From contig CBDCWU010000009.1 of the NCBI GenBank assembly GCA_965223555.1, positions 375,619 to 439,618 on the forward strand: a stretch of DNA of 64,000 bases, read 5' to 3'. The number at the start of each line of letters is the position of its first letter. Position 1 is the first letter of the stretch. The DNA is from Candidatus Promineifilaceae bacterium (GTDB lineage Bacteria > Chloroflexota > Anaerolineae > Promineifilales > Promineifilaceae). The position numbers and the translations under genes were made by a program. Below the pieces are notes generated by a model, which made no database searches, was not told the DNA's origin, and worked only from the letters and a program-made list of their open reading frames with translations. This document shows, piece after piece, positions 23,014 through 33,498 of this stretch.

Positions 23014-23706
23014 TCAACTTCTAATCTCTTCTGAGTCTGCATAATAAGCACAGTATATTGAGATTGGGCAGCGGTGGCAATGGGGGTTTCGGGCTAGACA
23101 GATTGTACGACCATGCCGAATGAGGTTCATGTGCATAGGATAGAAGGTGGCGGGCTCTCCCATAGCTTCCAGAATGTCGTGGGCTTTTTCGGCCGTTACC
23201 TTGGCTCCAATCAACCCTAGCCGCTTTGTAATGCGATGAACATGGGTATCTACGGGAAAGGCCTCACGACCAAAGGTGAAGAGGAGGATGATTGCGGCCG
23301 TTTTCCGTCCCACACCTTTAATATTTGTCAACCAGGCAATGGCCTCAGCCACGGGCATCTCTGCCAAAAAGTCCAACTCAATCGCGCCTCGTTCTTCCAG
23401 AACATAACGTAAAGCGGCTTGAATACGTGGCCCTTTCTGATTGGCCAATCCTGCCGAGTAAATCGTTTCCACCACCTCCTCCGCTGGCGCATTCATCACG
23501 CTTTCCCAATCAGGAAACCGGGCCTTTAAGGCTGAGAAGCCTTTGTCCCGGTTCGTGTCCGAAGTGGCTTGCGACAAAATTGTACAAACTAGTTCATCCA
23601 CAGGTGGATTATGAGGCCGCCAGACAGGCTCACCATAGCTATCTGCTAAGGCCTGATAAACCACTTGATATTTGGTTATGAGTGGCTCTTTATTGGTTGT
23701 CATCAC
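23014..23706 (-). CDS. HhH-GPD base-excision DNA glycosylase (endonuclease III-like)
   Basis: HhH (LPGVGRKTA) and C-terminal 4Fe-4S loop C-X6-C-X2-C-X5-C. Confidence 0.75.
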   Translation of the reverse strand: MMTTNKEPLITKYQVVYQALADSYGEPVWRPHNPPVDELVCTILSQATSDTNRDKGFSALKARFPDWESVMNAPAEEVVETIYSAGLANQKGPRIQAALRYVLEERGAIELDFLAEMPVAEAIAWLTNIKGVGRKTAAIILLFTFGREAFPVDTHVHRITKRLGLIGAKVTAEKAHDILEAMGEPATFYPMHMNLIRHGRTICLARNPHCHRCPISIYCAYYADSEEIRS

Positions 23707-23806
23707 AAACTATTGTAACCATAAATGACAAATTATTCCGCATAGGTTTTGTAAAAAGGAATCATACTCATCATGCTTAACCCACTGCTTGCGCTATAAT
23801 CGTAGA

Positions 23807-24265
23807 ATGACTACGATGTCTTACAACAAGTTTTTACAAACATTACCAGACTTGGTGCTGCCTCTCTTGCCTCCGGCCCTACAAGATATAGAAGTGCGAC
23901 AGCCTTGGCGTTGGCTTGTGCAATTTCATTATGGCGAAGCACGCCTACATTATGAGGTGTCCAAGGTGCGCTATCGGGGTGGCTGGGAGTTGGGCTTTCA
24001 TTGTGAATCGAGCGACAAAAATCTCAATCGCTTTTTGCTAGATGGCTTTCGCCGCCATTTGTTTGAGATTAAGGCCATCTTGGGCGATAGCATCGAAGCA
24101 GAGATGTGGGATAAGGGCTGGACAAAAATTTATGAAGTATACCCCGATGGGGCGTTAACTGAAGCCTATCAAGCGGAAATCGGCCATCGCCTGGCCCAAA
24201 TCATCACCTGCCTGCACCCCATCTATGTAGATTTGCGAAATACAGTGGCTCGTTCTTATCGCTAA
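23807..24265 (+). CDS. Hypothetical protein
   Basis: About 150-aa ORF with no recognisable motif. Confidence 0.3.
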   Translation: MTTMSYNKFLQTLPDLVLPLLPPALQDIEVRQPWRWLVQFHYGEARLHYEVSKVRYRGGWELGFHCESSDKNLNRFLLDGFRRHLFEIKAILGDSIEAEMWDKGWTKIYEVYPDGALTEAYQAEIGHRLAQIITCLHPIYVDLRNTVARSYR

Positions 24266-24284
24266 CGCGAATAAGGGAATTGAC

Positions 24285-25901
24285 CTATAAATACCCTAAG
24301 CCTTTCAGACGTTCTTCTACTTGAGCAGCATCTTCGGCAGCTAGGGATTGATCGGCAAATGTGTGATCATCGGTGTCATCGCTGTAGGCAACGGCCGTTT
24401 CCCGCACAAATATCTCCTGCAATACACGACCATCAAAGATCGTAGGCACTTTCTCTGCCAACAAATGCAGCATCGTAGGGGCCAGATCCAAGATGTTTGA
24501 CTCGGGTAGCTGGACACTTTGCTTAATATTGGGGCCAGTTGCAATAAAGATGCCCTCACTGCGATGACAACCCGAATCTCCCCGAATTTGTTGCGTAATC
24601 ACTTTGCCTTCAGTGGCAAATAGAGGATAGGCAATGATATTGTAATCATCTAAGACCAGGTGTAGATCGGGGCCAAACTGGGTGTATGGGCCATGATAGG
24701 TTTCATGTCGGGCAATGATGCTGGTGACAAGAGAACGGCCGTCTTCATCCCGCAACTCCCGCAAAGCATCTGCCACTTCCCGGCGGGTGGACTCATAATG
24801 ATTGGTCGTGACAATGCCCTCAGGCTCCCGCCCTGCCACATTTAGATACACCTGTCCTACATGCCCCATGCTATAAGCCACAGTACGGCCCCAATCCACA
24901 CTATCAAAGCTGAGGAACTTACCCACAATCTGATTGCGCGTATTCTTTGAAACCCGCGTTGCCAGGTTTTGGATACCAATCTTCGAGGCCATTTTGAAAG
25001 CCCCCGAAGGCGTAAGGCCATGCTGAAACGCAAAAGACTTCAACTGCGTCCAAGCATCTTTTTTCAGCTTGAGCAACCCCTTTTGCATCAAATAGATATT
25101 GAGATTAACCATTTTGTGCAACGGCCCAAAACCATGATCGGACATGACGATGACGGATGTATCAGGCGGTAATTGATCCAGCATACGCCCGATATAGGCA
25201 TCCACTAGGGCATAACCATCTCGAATAGCATGTTCATAGGGCGACGGCTCAAAACGGGGATGGGTATGATCCATAAAACGCCACAGGGCATGTTTCATGA
25301 TGTCTAGGGCAATAAAATGCACCATAAGCACATCCCAAGCCTCATTCTGCATAAATTTTAATCCCCAATCCCCGTGCGCTCGCACCAAACCATAAATATC
25401 TTCAGTGAACTCTGCCTCAATACCCGGTTTATACTGAATATTGGGGGCCACCCGATAATGGCCTGTTTCGGCTTCATAACGGCTGATCAAATCATCTGGA
25501 TAGCTAATCATCACATTCTTGGGGCTGAGAATCCCAGTCACCATGAAGCCATTCAACGGCTGGGGCGGGTAGGTCACAGGCACATTCAGCACACCTACTT
25601 GCCAATCAAGACCAGAGAGTCGCTGCCAAATGGTGGGCTGCTTGACACGAGTGGAATTAACCAGCGAAAAGTTGGCCCCTTGCGGCTGGATAAAGTCAAA
25701 AACACCATGTTTGCCAGGATTACAACCTGTCATAAAAGTGGGCCAAGCAGGACTAGTTACAGGCGGCAAGGTAGAGTGCAAGTCGCCATGCACCCCTTCC
25801 TGCATCAGTTGAGCCAGATTGGGCAAATGACCCTGTTCAGCCCAAGGGCGGATGAGGTCAAATGTGGCACCATCAAAACCGATGATGAGGAGTTTGGTCA
25901 T
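24285..25901 (-). CDS. Alkaline-phosphatase-superfamily protein (type I phosphodiesterase / nucleotide pyrophosphatase-like)
   Basis: The N-terminal LLIIGFDGATFDLI metal-binding segment is typical of PF01663-type enzymes. Confidence 0.6.
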   Translation of the reverse strand: MTKLLIIGFDGATFDLIRPWAEQGHLPNLAQLMQEGVHGDLHSTLPPVTSPAWPTFMTGCNPGKHGVFDFIQPQGANFSLVNSTRVKQPTIWQRLSGLDWQVGVLNVPVTYPPQPLNGFMVTGILSPKNVMISYPDDLISRYEAETGHYRVAPNIQYKPGIEAEFTEDIYGLVRAHGDWGLKFMQNEAWDVLMVHFIALDIMKHALWRFMDHTHPRFEPSPYEHAIRDGYALVDAYIGRMLDQLPPDTSVIVMSDHGFGPLHKMVNLNIYLMQKGLLKLKKDAWTQLKSFAFQHGLTPSGAFKMASKIGIQNLATRVSKNTRNQIVGKFLSFDSVDWGRTVAYSMGHVGQVYLNVAGREPEGIVTTNHYESTRREVADALRELRDEDGRSLVTSIIARHETYHGPYTQFGPDLHLVLDDYNIIAYPLFATEGKVITQQIRGDSGCHRSEGIFIATGPNIKQSVQLPESNILDLAPTMLHLLAEKVPTIFDGRVLQEIFVRETAVAYSDDTDDHTFADQSLAAEDAAQVEERLKGLGYL

Positions 25902-25934
25902 AATTGGATAACTGAGTAATTGGGTAATCCAAGA

Positions 25935-26936
25935 TCACCTAATTACCTCTTGCACAAAATAAACAGGTTTATTCTGTGATTCATAATAAGTACGTACATT
26001 TAATTCGGCCAGAAGGCCCATCACCAGAAATTGCACACCAATGATGACCAGGAGAATAGCCAGTTGGAGTAACGGCCGTTCGCCAATCTGCACACTACGA
26101 AAACCATCTGCGCCACCCACAATGCCTGCCCCTACCTTCAATACAACCAAATAGAGACCAATAAAGCCACCTAGACCACCTGAAAGCAAGCCGAGGCTAC
26201 CAAACAAGTGCATGGGTCGGTCACTATAACGGCGCAAAAAGAGGATGGTCATCAAATCTAAAATCACACGAAAGGTGCGCGAGATGCCATATTTTGATGT
26301 GCCAGCCACCCGCGCCCGATGATTCACTGGTACTTCAGCCATCCGAAAGCCAGCAAAATTTACCATTTCCGGGATAAAGCGGTGCATTTCGCCATACAGA
26401 TGTAAATCTTGTACCACATAGTGTTGAAAGGCGCGGATCGAGCAACCTCGATCACGTAAACGTACACCAGTGCTACGCGCGATAAGCCAATTGGCAATTT
26501 TAGAGGGTAATTTACGCGATATAAAGGCATCTTGGCGGTTTTGACGCCAGCCATTGACAACATCATACTCCTCATTTAATTTGGCAAGCAAAAGGGGAAT
26601 ATCGGCCGGATCATTCTGCCGATCTGCATCTAGAGTGACAATCATGGCTCCCTGTGCTTGACTGAAACCAGCGGCAAAAGCGGCCGTTTGCCCATGATTA
26701 CGGCGAAACCGAACGGCCGTTATTCGTTCATCCTCCTCGTGCAACTCTCGCATACAGGCAAAACTGTCATCATTGCTGCCATCGTCTACAAAGATAACCT
26801 CATAGGCTAAGTTTTGATCGGCCAGGGCTACGGTGATTTCATCCGTTAACGGCCGTAAATTCTCCACCTCATTAAAACAGGGAATCACAATCGTCAAATC
26901 AAGCGTAGGCCCACTTATTTCACTCATCTCACTCAT
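25935..26936 (-). CDS. Family 2 glycosyltransferase (polyprenol-phosphate sugar transferase-like) with C-terminal TM helices
   Basis: VIPCFNE ... VDDGSNDDS ... LDADRQND motifs (DxD). Two C-terminal TM helices. Confidence 0.75.
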   Translation of the reverse strand: MSEMSEISGPTLDLTIVIPCFNEVENLRPLTDEITVALADQNLAYEVIFVDDGSNDDSFACMRELHEEDERITAVRFRRNHGQTAAFAAGFSQAQGAMIVTLDADRQNDPADIPLLLAKLNEEYDVVNGWRQNRQDAFISRKLPSKIANWLIARSTGVRLRDRGCSIRAFQHYVVQDLHLYGEMHRFIPEMVNFAGFRMAEVPVNHRARVAGTSKYGISRTFRVILDLMTILFLRRYSDRPMHLFGSLGLLSGGLGGFIGLYLVVLKVGAGIVGGADGFRSVQIGERPLLQLAILLVIIGVQFLVMGLLAELNVRTYYESQNKPVYFVQEVIR

Positions 26937-27119
26937 TTACCGCGCCTAGAATTCTATCACGCCCTACCCAAGCACCAAAACCAGCCAAAGCCTGTCACGG
27001 CTGACAAGAATGCAAAAAGTAGAAAAGGGGCTACAAGAATACTGCGCGACTCTGGTCAAGCCAACCAAAGTATGATCTGGCGACTGGTCTCAACAATTAG
27101 GAAGGGTTGGACGGGCAAG

Positions 27120-27497
27120 CTACTCTAGAAAAGTCCTCATCTTTTTTAGCAATCGTGAAAAGTTGACAGGTTTGGCTTCATAATCATCACAACCAGCTGC
27201 GAGGCTCTTTTCACGATCACCCGAAAGGGCATGCGCGGTGAGGGCAATGACAGGAATATGCTGTGTGTTGAGGTCAGCTTTGAGGCGGCGGGTTGCTTCC
27301 CAACCATCCAATATAGGCAAGCTCATGTCCATAAGGATGAGGTCTGGCTTTTCTTTTCCAGCCGCGTTGAGGGCTTTTTCACCGTCTGAGGCAATGACAA
27401 CTTCATATCCGCGAAAACTTAAACGCTCAGATAAAATTTCTTGAAGCATTTCATTGTCTTCTACAATCAATATTTTGCTCAAGCTGTTTATCCTCAA
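27120..27497 (-). CDS. Single-domain response regulator (CheY-like receiver)
   Basis: Receiver Asp pocket (LILMDMSLP). 125 aa. Start overlaps the upstream gene stop (ATGA). Confidence 0.8.
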   Translation of the reverse strand: MRINSLSKILIVEDNEMLQEILSERLSFRGYEVVIASDGEKALNAAGKEKPDLILMDMSLPILDGWEATRRLKADLNTQHIPVIALTAHALSGDREKSLAAGCDDYEAKPVNFSRLLKKMRTFLE

Positions 27498-28573
27498 ATA
27501 GTGTCTCTGCGTACCTGTCCGTTTAATTTGCCCTTGAGGAAAAAGGCCGACATCTGCCCTTTCCCCTTCACATCAATTTCGCCACGAGACTCAAACAGGA
27601 ACTTGTTTTGTAATAATTCATAAGTGGTGCGACTAACTTGAATATGGTTGGCAAGGCTATAGGTTTCCATACGACTGGCTGTATTTACCGTATCTCCCCA
27701 CAAATCATATGCAAATTTCCTTTTGCCTATGACACCAGCTACAACCGGCCCACTATTGATGCCAATCCGCATATGTAAAGGAATATCATGCTGATCGCTC
27801 ACATCAGTTAGGGCTGTCAACATAGCCATAGCCATTTCAGCAATGGCTTCAGCGTGATCATCTCGCGGCGTTGGCAACCCTCCTACAACCATATATTCAT
27901 CGCCAACAGTTTTGATTTTTTCCAGGCAGTAATGATCGGCCAACTCATCAAAAGCAGAAAATATTTTGTTTAGGAGCTGCACAATTTCCGTAGGGGATAA
28001 CTTTTCTGAAAGTGCAGTGAAGTCCACAATGTCGGCAAACAAGACGGTCACTTCCTCAAATCCATCAGCAATGATTTCTTGTCCTTGTTTAAGCCGTTCA
28101 GATACTGGTTCCGGCAGAATATTGAGCAGTAATTCATCAGCTTTACGCCGCTCCTGCTTTATTTGTTCTAAATATTCCTGTTCCTGATCATACCATCGCT
28201 TTCTGTCGAGTGAAGCCTCAATACGTGCTTTGAGCAAGGTTCTATCGAACGGTTTAAAAAGATAATCTTCCGCACCCAATTTGATACATTGAACAATACT
28301 TTGGATATCATCTAGAGCGGAGAGCATGACAACAGGAATATGGCGCAGGTCGGGGTTGTTTTTGAGGTAGCTGAGGACATCGAAACCATTCATTTCGGGC
28401 ATCATAATGTCCAGAAGGATAAGATCGTAGGGGCGTTCATGGACTTTGTTGACTGCAACACGGCCGTTTGCCGCCCAATCCACCTCATATCCTTGCAACT
28501 CTAATAACAAGATCAAAGGCTCACTGATCATGTCATTATCTTCTACAACTAGAATTGAATATTTCTGTTCCAT
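27494..28573 (-). CDS. Response-regulator receiver fused to class III adenylate/guanylate cyclase domain
   Basis: N-terminal receiver (LILLDIMMP). C-terminal CYCc (VTVLFADIVDFTALSEK ... KTVGDEYMVVGGLP). Confidence 0.8.
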   Translation of the reverse strand: MEQKYSILVVEDNDMISEPLILLLELQGYEVDWAANGRVAVNKVHERPYDLILLDIMMPEMNGFDVLSYLKNNPDLRHIPVVMLSALDDIQSIVQCIKLGAEDYLFKPFDRTLLKARIEASLDRKRWYDQEQEYLEQIKQERRKADELLLNILPEPVSERLKQGQEIIADGFEEVTVLFADIVDFTALSEKLSPTEIVQLLNKIFSAFDELADHYCLEKIKTVGDEYMVVGGLPTPRDDHAEAIAEMAMAMLTALTDVSDQHDIPLHMRIGINSGPVVAGVIGKRKFAYDLWGDTVNTASRMETYSLANHIQVSRTTYELLQNKFLFESRGEIDVKGKGQMSAFFLKGKLNGQVRRDTI

Positions 28574-28893
28574 AATCCGTTTTAAGCCAACTCCTCCCCA
28601 AATAGGAACGAATAAGATGAGAGGTTTCAGGGAATTGGCTTGCAGTTGCTATCAAAATGGATCGGATATTTTATATTTTTATTAAAGGCAACCGTACCCA
28701 AAAGGGTAACCTCCCTACTAAGTATAAGCCATGAAGGCTAATTCTTAAAGACAAAAATATTATCTAAAGGTCACAAATCATGGTATGGCCAATCTACTAT
28801 TCTGTAATGCTCTTATAATATTTTTTTAAGCAAGTCGCTATATGTTCACGGTAGAATACAGATTGAAATGTTATTTTAATTTGTTAGGAGCGC

Positions 28894-29883
28894 ATGATGC
28901 TAATAAAAAGAACGAGAGGAATAGAGATTCCTTCATCACAGATTACGCCTAAACAGGCATATTTTTCACGACGTACATTTATGAAAAGTGCAACGGCCGT
29001 TGCCGCAGGCACATTGCTAGCAGCCTGTCGCCCCGAGCCACCCACTACTACTAATAATTCTGAACCTGCAGCAACAAGCAATACACCCGCTGAGTCCAGT
29101 AAAGTCTCTATGACAGCAGATGAGTTAGGCGACCCACTAAACTCATACCAAGATGTTACCAACTTTAACAACTTTTATGAATTTACCCAAAGTAAAGAGG
29201 ACGTGGCTCGTTTAGCTGCCGATTTTCCCACCTCACCCTGGCAAGTTGAAGTCAAGGGGCTAGTGAAAAATCCAGGCACATATGATATGGATGACATGCT
29301 GACAAAGTTTGAGCAGCAGGATCGTGTTTACCGACTGCGTTGTGTCGAAGGCTGGTCCATGGTCATCCCCTGGCAAGGCTTCCCTTTGGCACAACTTTTG
29401 CAAGAGGTGGAACCAACAGCCCAGGCCACTCATGTCCTTTTTGAGACACTCCATGATCCAGACACGATGCCCGGACAACGCAGTCCTTGGTTTGAGTGGC
29501 CCTATGTTGAAGGCTTACGCCTGGACGAAGCCATGAATGATTTAACCTTGATGGCAACGGGCCTGTATGGCGAATCTTTGCTACCGCAAAATGGAGCACC
29601 AATTCGCTTGGTTGTACCTTGGAAATATGGTTTCAAAAGTATCAAGTCTATTGTGCGCATTGAATTAGTTGATTATCAACCGACGAGCTTGTGGATGGCG
29701 GCCGCCCCCAATGAGTATGGGTTCTATGCCAATGTGAACCCCGCAGTGGCTCATCCACGCTGGAGTCAGGCCACAGAAAGACGCATTGGTACCTCAAACC
29801 GGCGTGAAACCTTGATGTTTAATGGCTATGAAGAGCAAGTAGCTCACTTGTATGACAATCTCGATTTGAAGGTAAATTATTAA
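28894..29883 (+). CDS. msrP: Protein-methionine-sulfoxide reductase catalytic subunit MsrP (YedY, Mo-pterin)
   Basis: Tat signal [15 protein letters not shown]. Sulfite-oxidase-family Moco domain. Immediately followed by msrQ. Confidence 0.8.
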   Translation: MMLIKRTRGIEIPSSQITPKQAYFSRRTFMKSATAVAAGTLLAACRPEPPTTTNNSEPAATSNTPAESSKVSMTADELGDPLNSYQDVTNFNNFYEFTQSKEDVARLAADFPTSPWQVEVKGLVKNPGTYDMDDMLTKFEQQDRVYRLRCVEGWSMVIPWQGFPLAQLLQEVEPTAQATHVLFETLHDPDTMPGQRSPWFEWPYVEGLRLDEAMNDLTLMATGLYGESLLPQNGAPIRLVVPWKYGFKSIKSIVRIELVDYQPTSLWMAAAPNEYGFYANVNPAVAHPRWSQATERRIGTSNRRETLMFNGYEEQVAHLYDNLDLKVNY

Positions 29884-29885
29884 TC

Positions 29886-30542
29886 ATGCTAGCTAACATG
29901 GACCGAAAGACAAAAAGCAACACGTTAAAAATTGTGACTCATGTAGGGTCACTTATTCCCTTGGCTTGGCTTTTGTCGGATTGGTGGTTCTATCTATTGG
30001 GGCCAAATGAGATTCAGGCCATAACGATTCGTACAGGGCAGGCGGCGATTATCTTGTTGGCCTTGTCGTTAGCAGTGACCCCCCTGAACATGGCTTTTGG
30101 CTGGAAGCAGTTAATTCCGTTGCGACGGCCGTTAGGCCTTTACGCCTTTCTCTACGTCTCGCTGCATCTGCTCACATTCCTCGTTCTCGATTATGGCCTC
30201 AATCTAGTCTGGATAAAGGAAGCGCTTTTTGAGAAATGGTATACGTTGCTTGGTTTTTCTGCTTATCTTATCCTGTTAGCTTTGGCAGCAACATCAACAA
30301 AATGGTCTATGCGCAAGATGGGCAAGCGTTGGAAACGTTTACATCGCTGGGTCTACCTGGGTAGCATTTTGGCCAGTGCCCATTACTTTTTTGCGGTGAA
30401 AACTGTGACGACACGGCCCTTCATCATCATCGGTCTTATCCTCATCTTGCTCATCGCTCGTATCACCCCTATCAAACAAACCCTGATTCGTTGGCAGCGC
30501 AAGAGAAAAGTAATAAGGAAACGGCCGATTCCCGCTGAATAA
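29886..30542 (+). CDS. msrQ: MsrQ (YedZ) haem-binding membrane subunit
   Basis: Six-TM ferric-reductase-like protein with conserved His. 218 aa. Confidence 0.75.
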   Translation: MLANMDRKTKSNTLKIVTHVGSLIPLAWLLSDWWFYLLGPNEIQAITIRTGQAAIILLALSLAVTPLNMAFGWKQLIPLRRPLGLYAFLYVSLHLLTFLVLDYGLNLVWIKEALFEKWYTLLGFSAYLILLALAATSTKWSMRKMGKRWKRLHRWVYLGSILASAHYFFAVKTVTTRPFIIIGLILILLIARITPIKQTLIRWQRKRKVIRKRPIPAE

Positions 30543-30582
30543 CCCAGATAAGTGGCGCAGCATATAGCTGTGCCACTTATCC

Positions 30583-31218
30583 CTAATCTAATATCATCAG
30601 CCGCCCCATCACCTCAATCGCCACCCTTCCTTCCTCCATCAAAGTCTCAAATCTCTCCTTCTTGGCCGACAAGCAAGACGGCCCTTCCAGCCAAATCAGC
30701 AATTGTTGCCCAAATGTTTGCATATGTAGCCCAGGCCGTCTCTCATAATGCTTACGCAAGTCGCCAGAGAAGACTTCCGCCAATTCAGCCTCATCCGCAT
30801 CACCATATACCGTAAAATTCCAAGCCACTAGCCCCATCTCCAGCCAATCATCCAACAACCAGGTCTTGGGAAATAGGTGCAGTCGTGGCAGATCACAAGG
30901 GAAATACAGTATGAGACAAGTGGCAAAGGGTGGCAAGAAGAGTGAGTGTGATCCTATCGTGATATGCGTTTGCTCAGAGCTTCTGGCCACAACACATATC
31001 TGCGCGGGCAGACCTTTGATTGTGCCTTCAATTTGGTCATAGACCCGAACTTCCTGGGCCAAGGCAAACCAACCATCAGATTGATACTGCCAATTGTAAA
31101 AAGCCGCGATCTGTTTGAGTTTTGGGGAACGGCCGTTAACCCCACCTCGCGTCAACAAACCTGGCAAACACACTACAAGCACCACCCCAACAGCAATCAT
31201 AAAGATGTCCATCATCAT
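30583..31218 (-). CDS. Membrane-anchored hypothetical protein downstream of flotillin gene
   Basis: N-terminal TM helix. 211 aa. Confidence 0.4.
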   Translation of the reverse strand: MMMDIFMIAVGVVLVVCLPGLLTRGGVNGRSPKLKQIAAFYNWQYQSDGWFALAQEVRVYDQIEGTIKGLPAQICVVARSSEQTHITIGSHSLFLPPFATCLILYFPCDLPRLHLFPKTWLLDDWLEMGLVAWNFTVYGDADEAELAEVFSGDLRKHYERRPGLHMQTFGQQLLIWLEGPSCLSAKKERFETLMEEGRVAIEVMGRLMILD

Positions 31219-31283
31219 TTCCCTTGCAAACAGCAGCAGCCAGGTTTTATCTCAAAAACCTGGCTGCATAGACAAGACACAAG

Positions 31284-32864
31284 CTATTGACCATTTGAGT
31301 GCGTAGACACTTGATTGCGTAAAATCATCCCCAACAAGCCTTCAACCATGCCATTGCCATTGCTGGCTCCGGAGAGTACATCAGGCACAATCCGCACCTG
31401 GCGCTCCCCCACAATCTGCATCAACTGCAAGGCCGTATATCCTTCTGCGCCTAAAGCGTCGACACTGGCCCGATATACCTCAGACTGTGCCTTGCCCTTT
31501 TGTCGAATGGATTCTGCTTCGCCTAAAGCCTTCAACCGAGTAGATTCCGCCTCACCAGTGGCCTGCTTAATATCGGCTTTAGCCTGCAATTCAGCCATTT
31601 GTACACTCTGCTCCGCCTGCACCATCTGCTGCTGGATATTGGCTAATGAGGTGGCACGAACCAACTCTTGCCGCTGATCTTGAGCCAGACGCTGCACCTC
31701 ATATGTTTTACGCTCCTCCTCGGCAATTTTGCGATCAGTTTGCGTCCGCATCAGATCATCGGGCGGTGTAATATCACCAATCAGGGTATCCAAAGCCTGC
31801 ACATCATAGGCACTAATGGCTCGGCGAATATGCTGAGTAGCCTCATGCTGCCGCTCACTGCGGTCACTAAGGAAATCCAATACCGTATACTCTTGGGCTG
31901 AGTTACGGAAGTAGTTGCCCACAATAGGCTGCAACACATGATCCACCAGATTTTGTACGGAACCTACACGGGAAATCACCTTAGGTGCTTCCGGAGCACC
32001 GATGTGGATAATCTGGGAAACATCGAGGTTGAAAGCAAATCCATCCTTGGAACGCACAATGATGGGCGAGAGCTGCGCATCATATTTGTGTGACTCGGTG
32101 CGCTTGGCCCAGTTAAGAACAATGTTGGTTGTTGGCACTAGCTCCACCCGCATGATACGCGGGTTGATGGGATGTTTGCCCGGATAGAGGGGTGTTACCC
32201 AGACACCTTTGTGTCCCGGCTCTACCAGATTACCGTGCTTAAATGATTCACCACTGACATCCTGATGGGCTTTGCCAACATAAGCAATAACAATACCAAC
32301 ATGGCCGATGGGAATAGCCGTCATGTTGACTTGCTCAACTCGGACAAACCAGGGGTTCAGGTTCCATGAACCGGACAAAAGCACTTGTTCTTGCAAACCA
32401 CGACGGCCGTGATTGTTTAAAAAGGTTTGGGCACTTTGGAAGTTATTATGCCCTTCGATAACAGGGCCAGCGATCTCGCCCTCATCGATGGGCTGACCAT
32501 CAAGGGTAGTAACGATGCCCACTTTGTCAGGTTGAACGGTGTAGACCATGAGCAGGCGGGGGTCAATGTCGTAATCGGCGGCATTGTTAGAGGTAATAAT
32601 AGTGAAAACGGCCGTGTTAATGCGATATTTACCTGCTGTCAAAATGCCTAACTGTCGCCCTTTCTCCCCTCCGTGCAACAAAAATTCTCGGGTATCTTGA
32701 AAATTATGGCAGGGCACTGCTTTCGCTAAAATACGGTTAGAGGGGATTGGTGCCCCATCAGAGGCAACAACCAGACCAATCTCTCCCTGCGGAATTGTGA
32801 TAACTGGTACCTTACGTACAGAGTATTGCCAAGGAAAATAGCTAAAATGCCAACCAGGGGCCAA
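31284..32864 (-). CDS. SPFH/band-7 flotillin-like protein (YqiK/FloT family)
   Basis: SPFH domain followed by a long Ala/Glu/Gln-rich coiled coil (LAQDQRQELVRATSL ... AELQAKADIKQATGEAES). Confidence 0.8.
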   Translation of the reverse strand: MAPGWHFSYFPWQYSVRKVPVITIPQGEIGLVVASDGAPIPSNRILAKAVPCHNFQDTREFLLHGGEKGRQLGILTAGKYRINTAVFTIITSNNAADYDIDPRLLMVYTVQPDKVGIVTTLDGQPIDEGEIAGPVIEGHNNFQSAQTFLNNHGRRGLQEQVLLSGSWNLNPWFVRVEQVNMTAIPIGHVGIVIAYVGKAHQDVSGESFKHGNLVEPGHKGVWVTPLYPGKHPINPRIMRVELVPTTNIVLNWAKRTESHKYDAQLSPIIVRSKDGFAFNLDVSQIIHIGAPEAPKVISRVGSVQNLVDHVLQPIVGNYFRNSAQEYTVLDFLSDRSERQHEATQHIRRAISAYDVQALDTLIGDITPPDDLMRTQTDRKIAEEERKTYEVQRLAQDQRQELVRATSLANIQQQMVQAEQSVQMAELQAKADIKQATGEAESTRLKALGEAESIRQKGKAQSEVYRASVDALGAEGYTALQLMQIVGERQVRIVPDVLSGASNGNGMVEGLLGMILRNQVSTHSNGQ

Positions 32865-33070
32865 TGTGTCTGCCTGTCAAAATAGCCAGCCTCGCCCTCG
32901 AGGGCAATGAGTTGACCGGGAGGCAAGCGCGGGCCAAATTTTTTCACCACAATACCAACTTCATGTTCCCGAATGATGACAATACCAAAAAGCGACGTGG
33001 CAAAAACACCTACAAAAATGAGTAGAGTAAGACCTAAAATGAAACCGAAAAGAGTCATGGGGGTGACCAT
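32726..33070 (-). CDS. Small ORF encoding a TM anchor plus SPFH-like start; probably the displaced N-terminus of the flotillin gene (frameshift or split gene)
   Basis: RBS GGAGG 4 nt before the ATG at 33070. TM helix MTLFGFILGLTLLIFVGVFATSLFG, then IIREHEVGIVVKKFG. Overlaps the flotillin ORF start in another frame. Confidence 0.4.
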   Translation of the reverse strand: MVTPMTLFGFILGLTLLIFVGVFATSLFGIVIIREHEVGIVVKKFGPRLPPGQLIALEGEAGYFDRQTHWPLVGILAIFLGNTLYVRYQLSQFRRERLVWLLPLMGHQSPLTVF

Positions 33071-33498
33071 GATAAACCTCCTGACCAGTTTTAAGTGCAC
33101 GAATACAGCCTAAACGACTAAAACTGTGTCAAGCGAAAAAACGATAGACGCATCTGTGCCTATCAGGGGAAAATATATGATTCAGAGAACAAAAAGGGAT
33201 TTGTATTAAGTAGGAGTACGCTGTTTCATAGTCCAACCTCCACCAGGGCTTTGTTAATATTTTTCCTAGTTGAATCGCCCCTAAATCACAACCGGGAAGC
33301 CAATATATGGGCATATTAGTGATATACGCAGAATTTGTCAAGATATTCTACCCAGAATATTCAAAGGGGTGTCATACAAAAATGTAGGAATTTTTGGATA
33401 AATATCCCTAGCTTTCCAGACAGCACCCACGATTTCAAGTTATCTTCCCTGTCCTATAGATCGTGTCCTAAATACCCCAATTCTGGTATCATAGCCAG

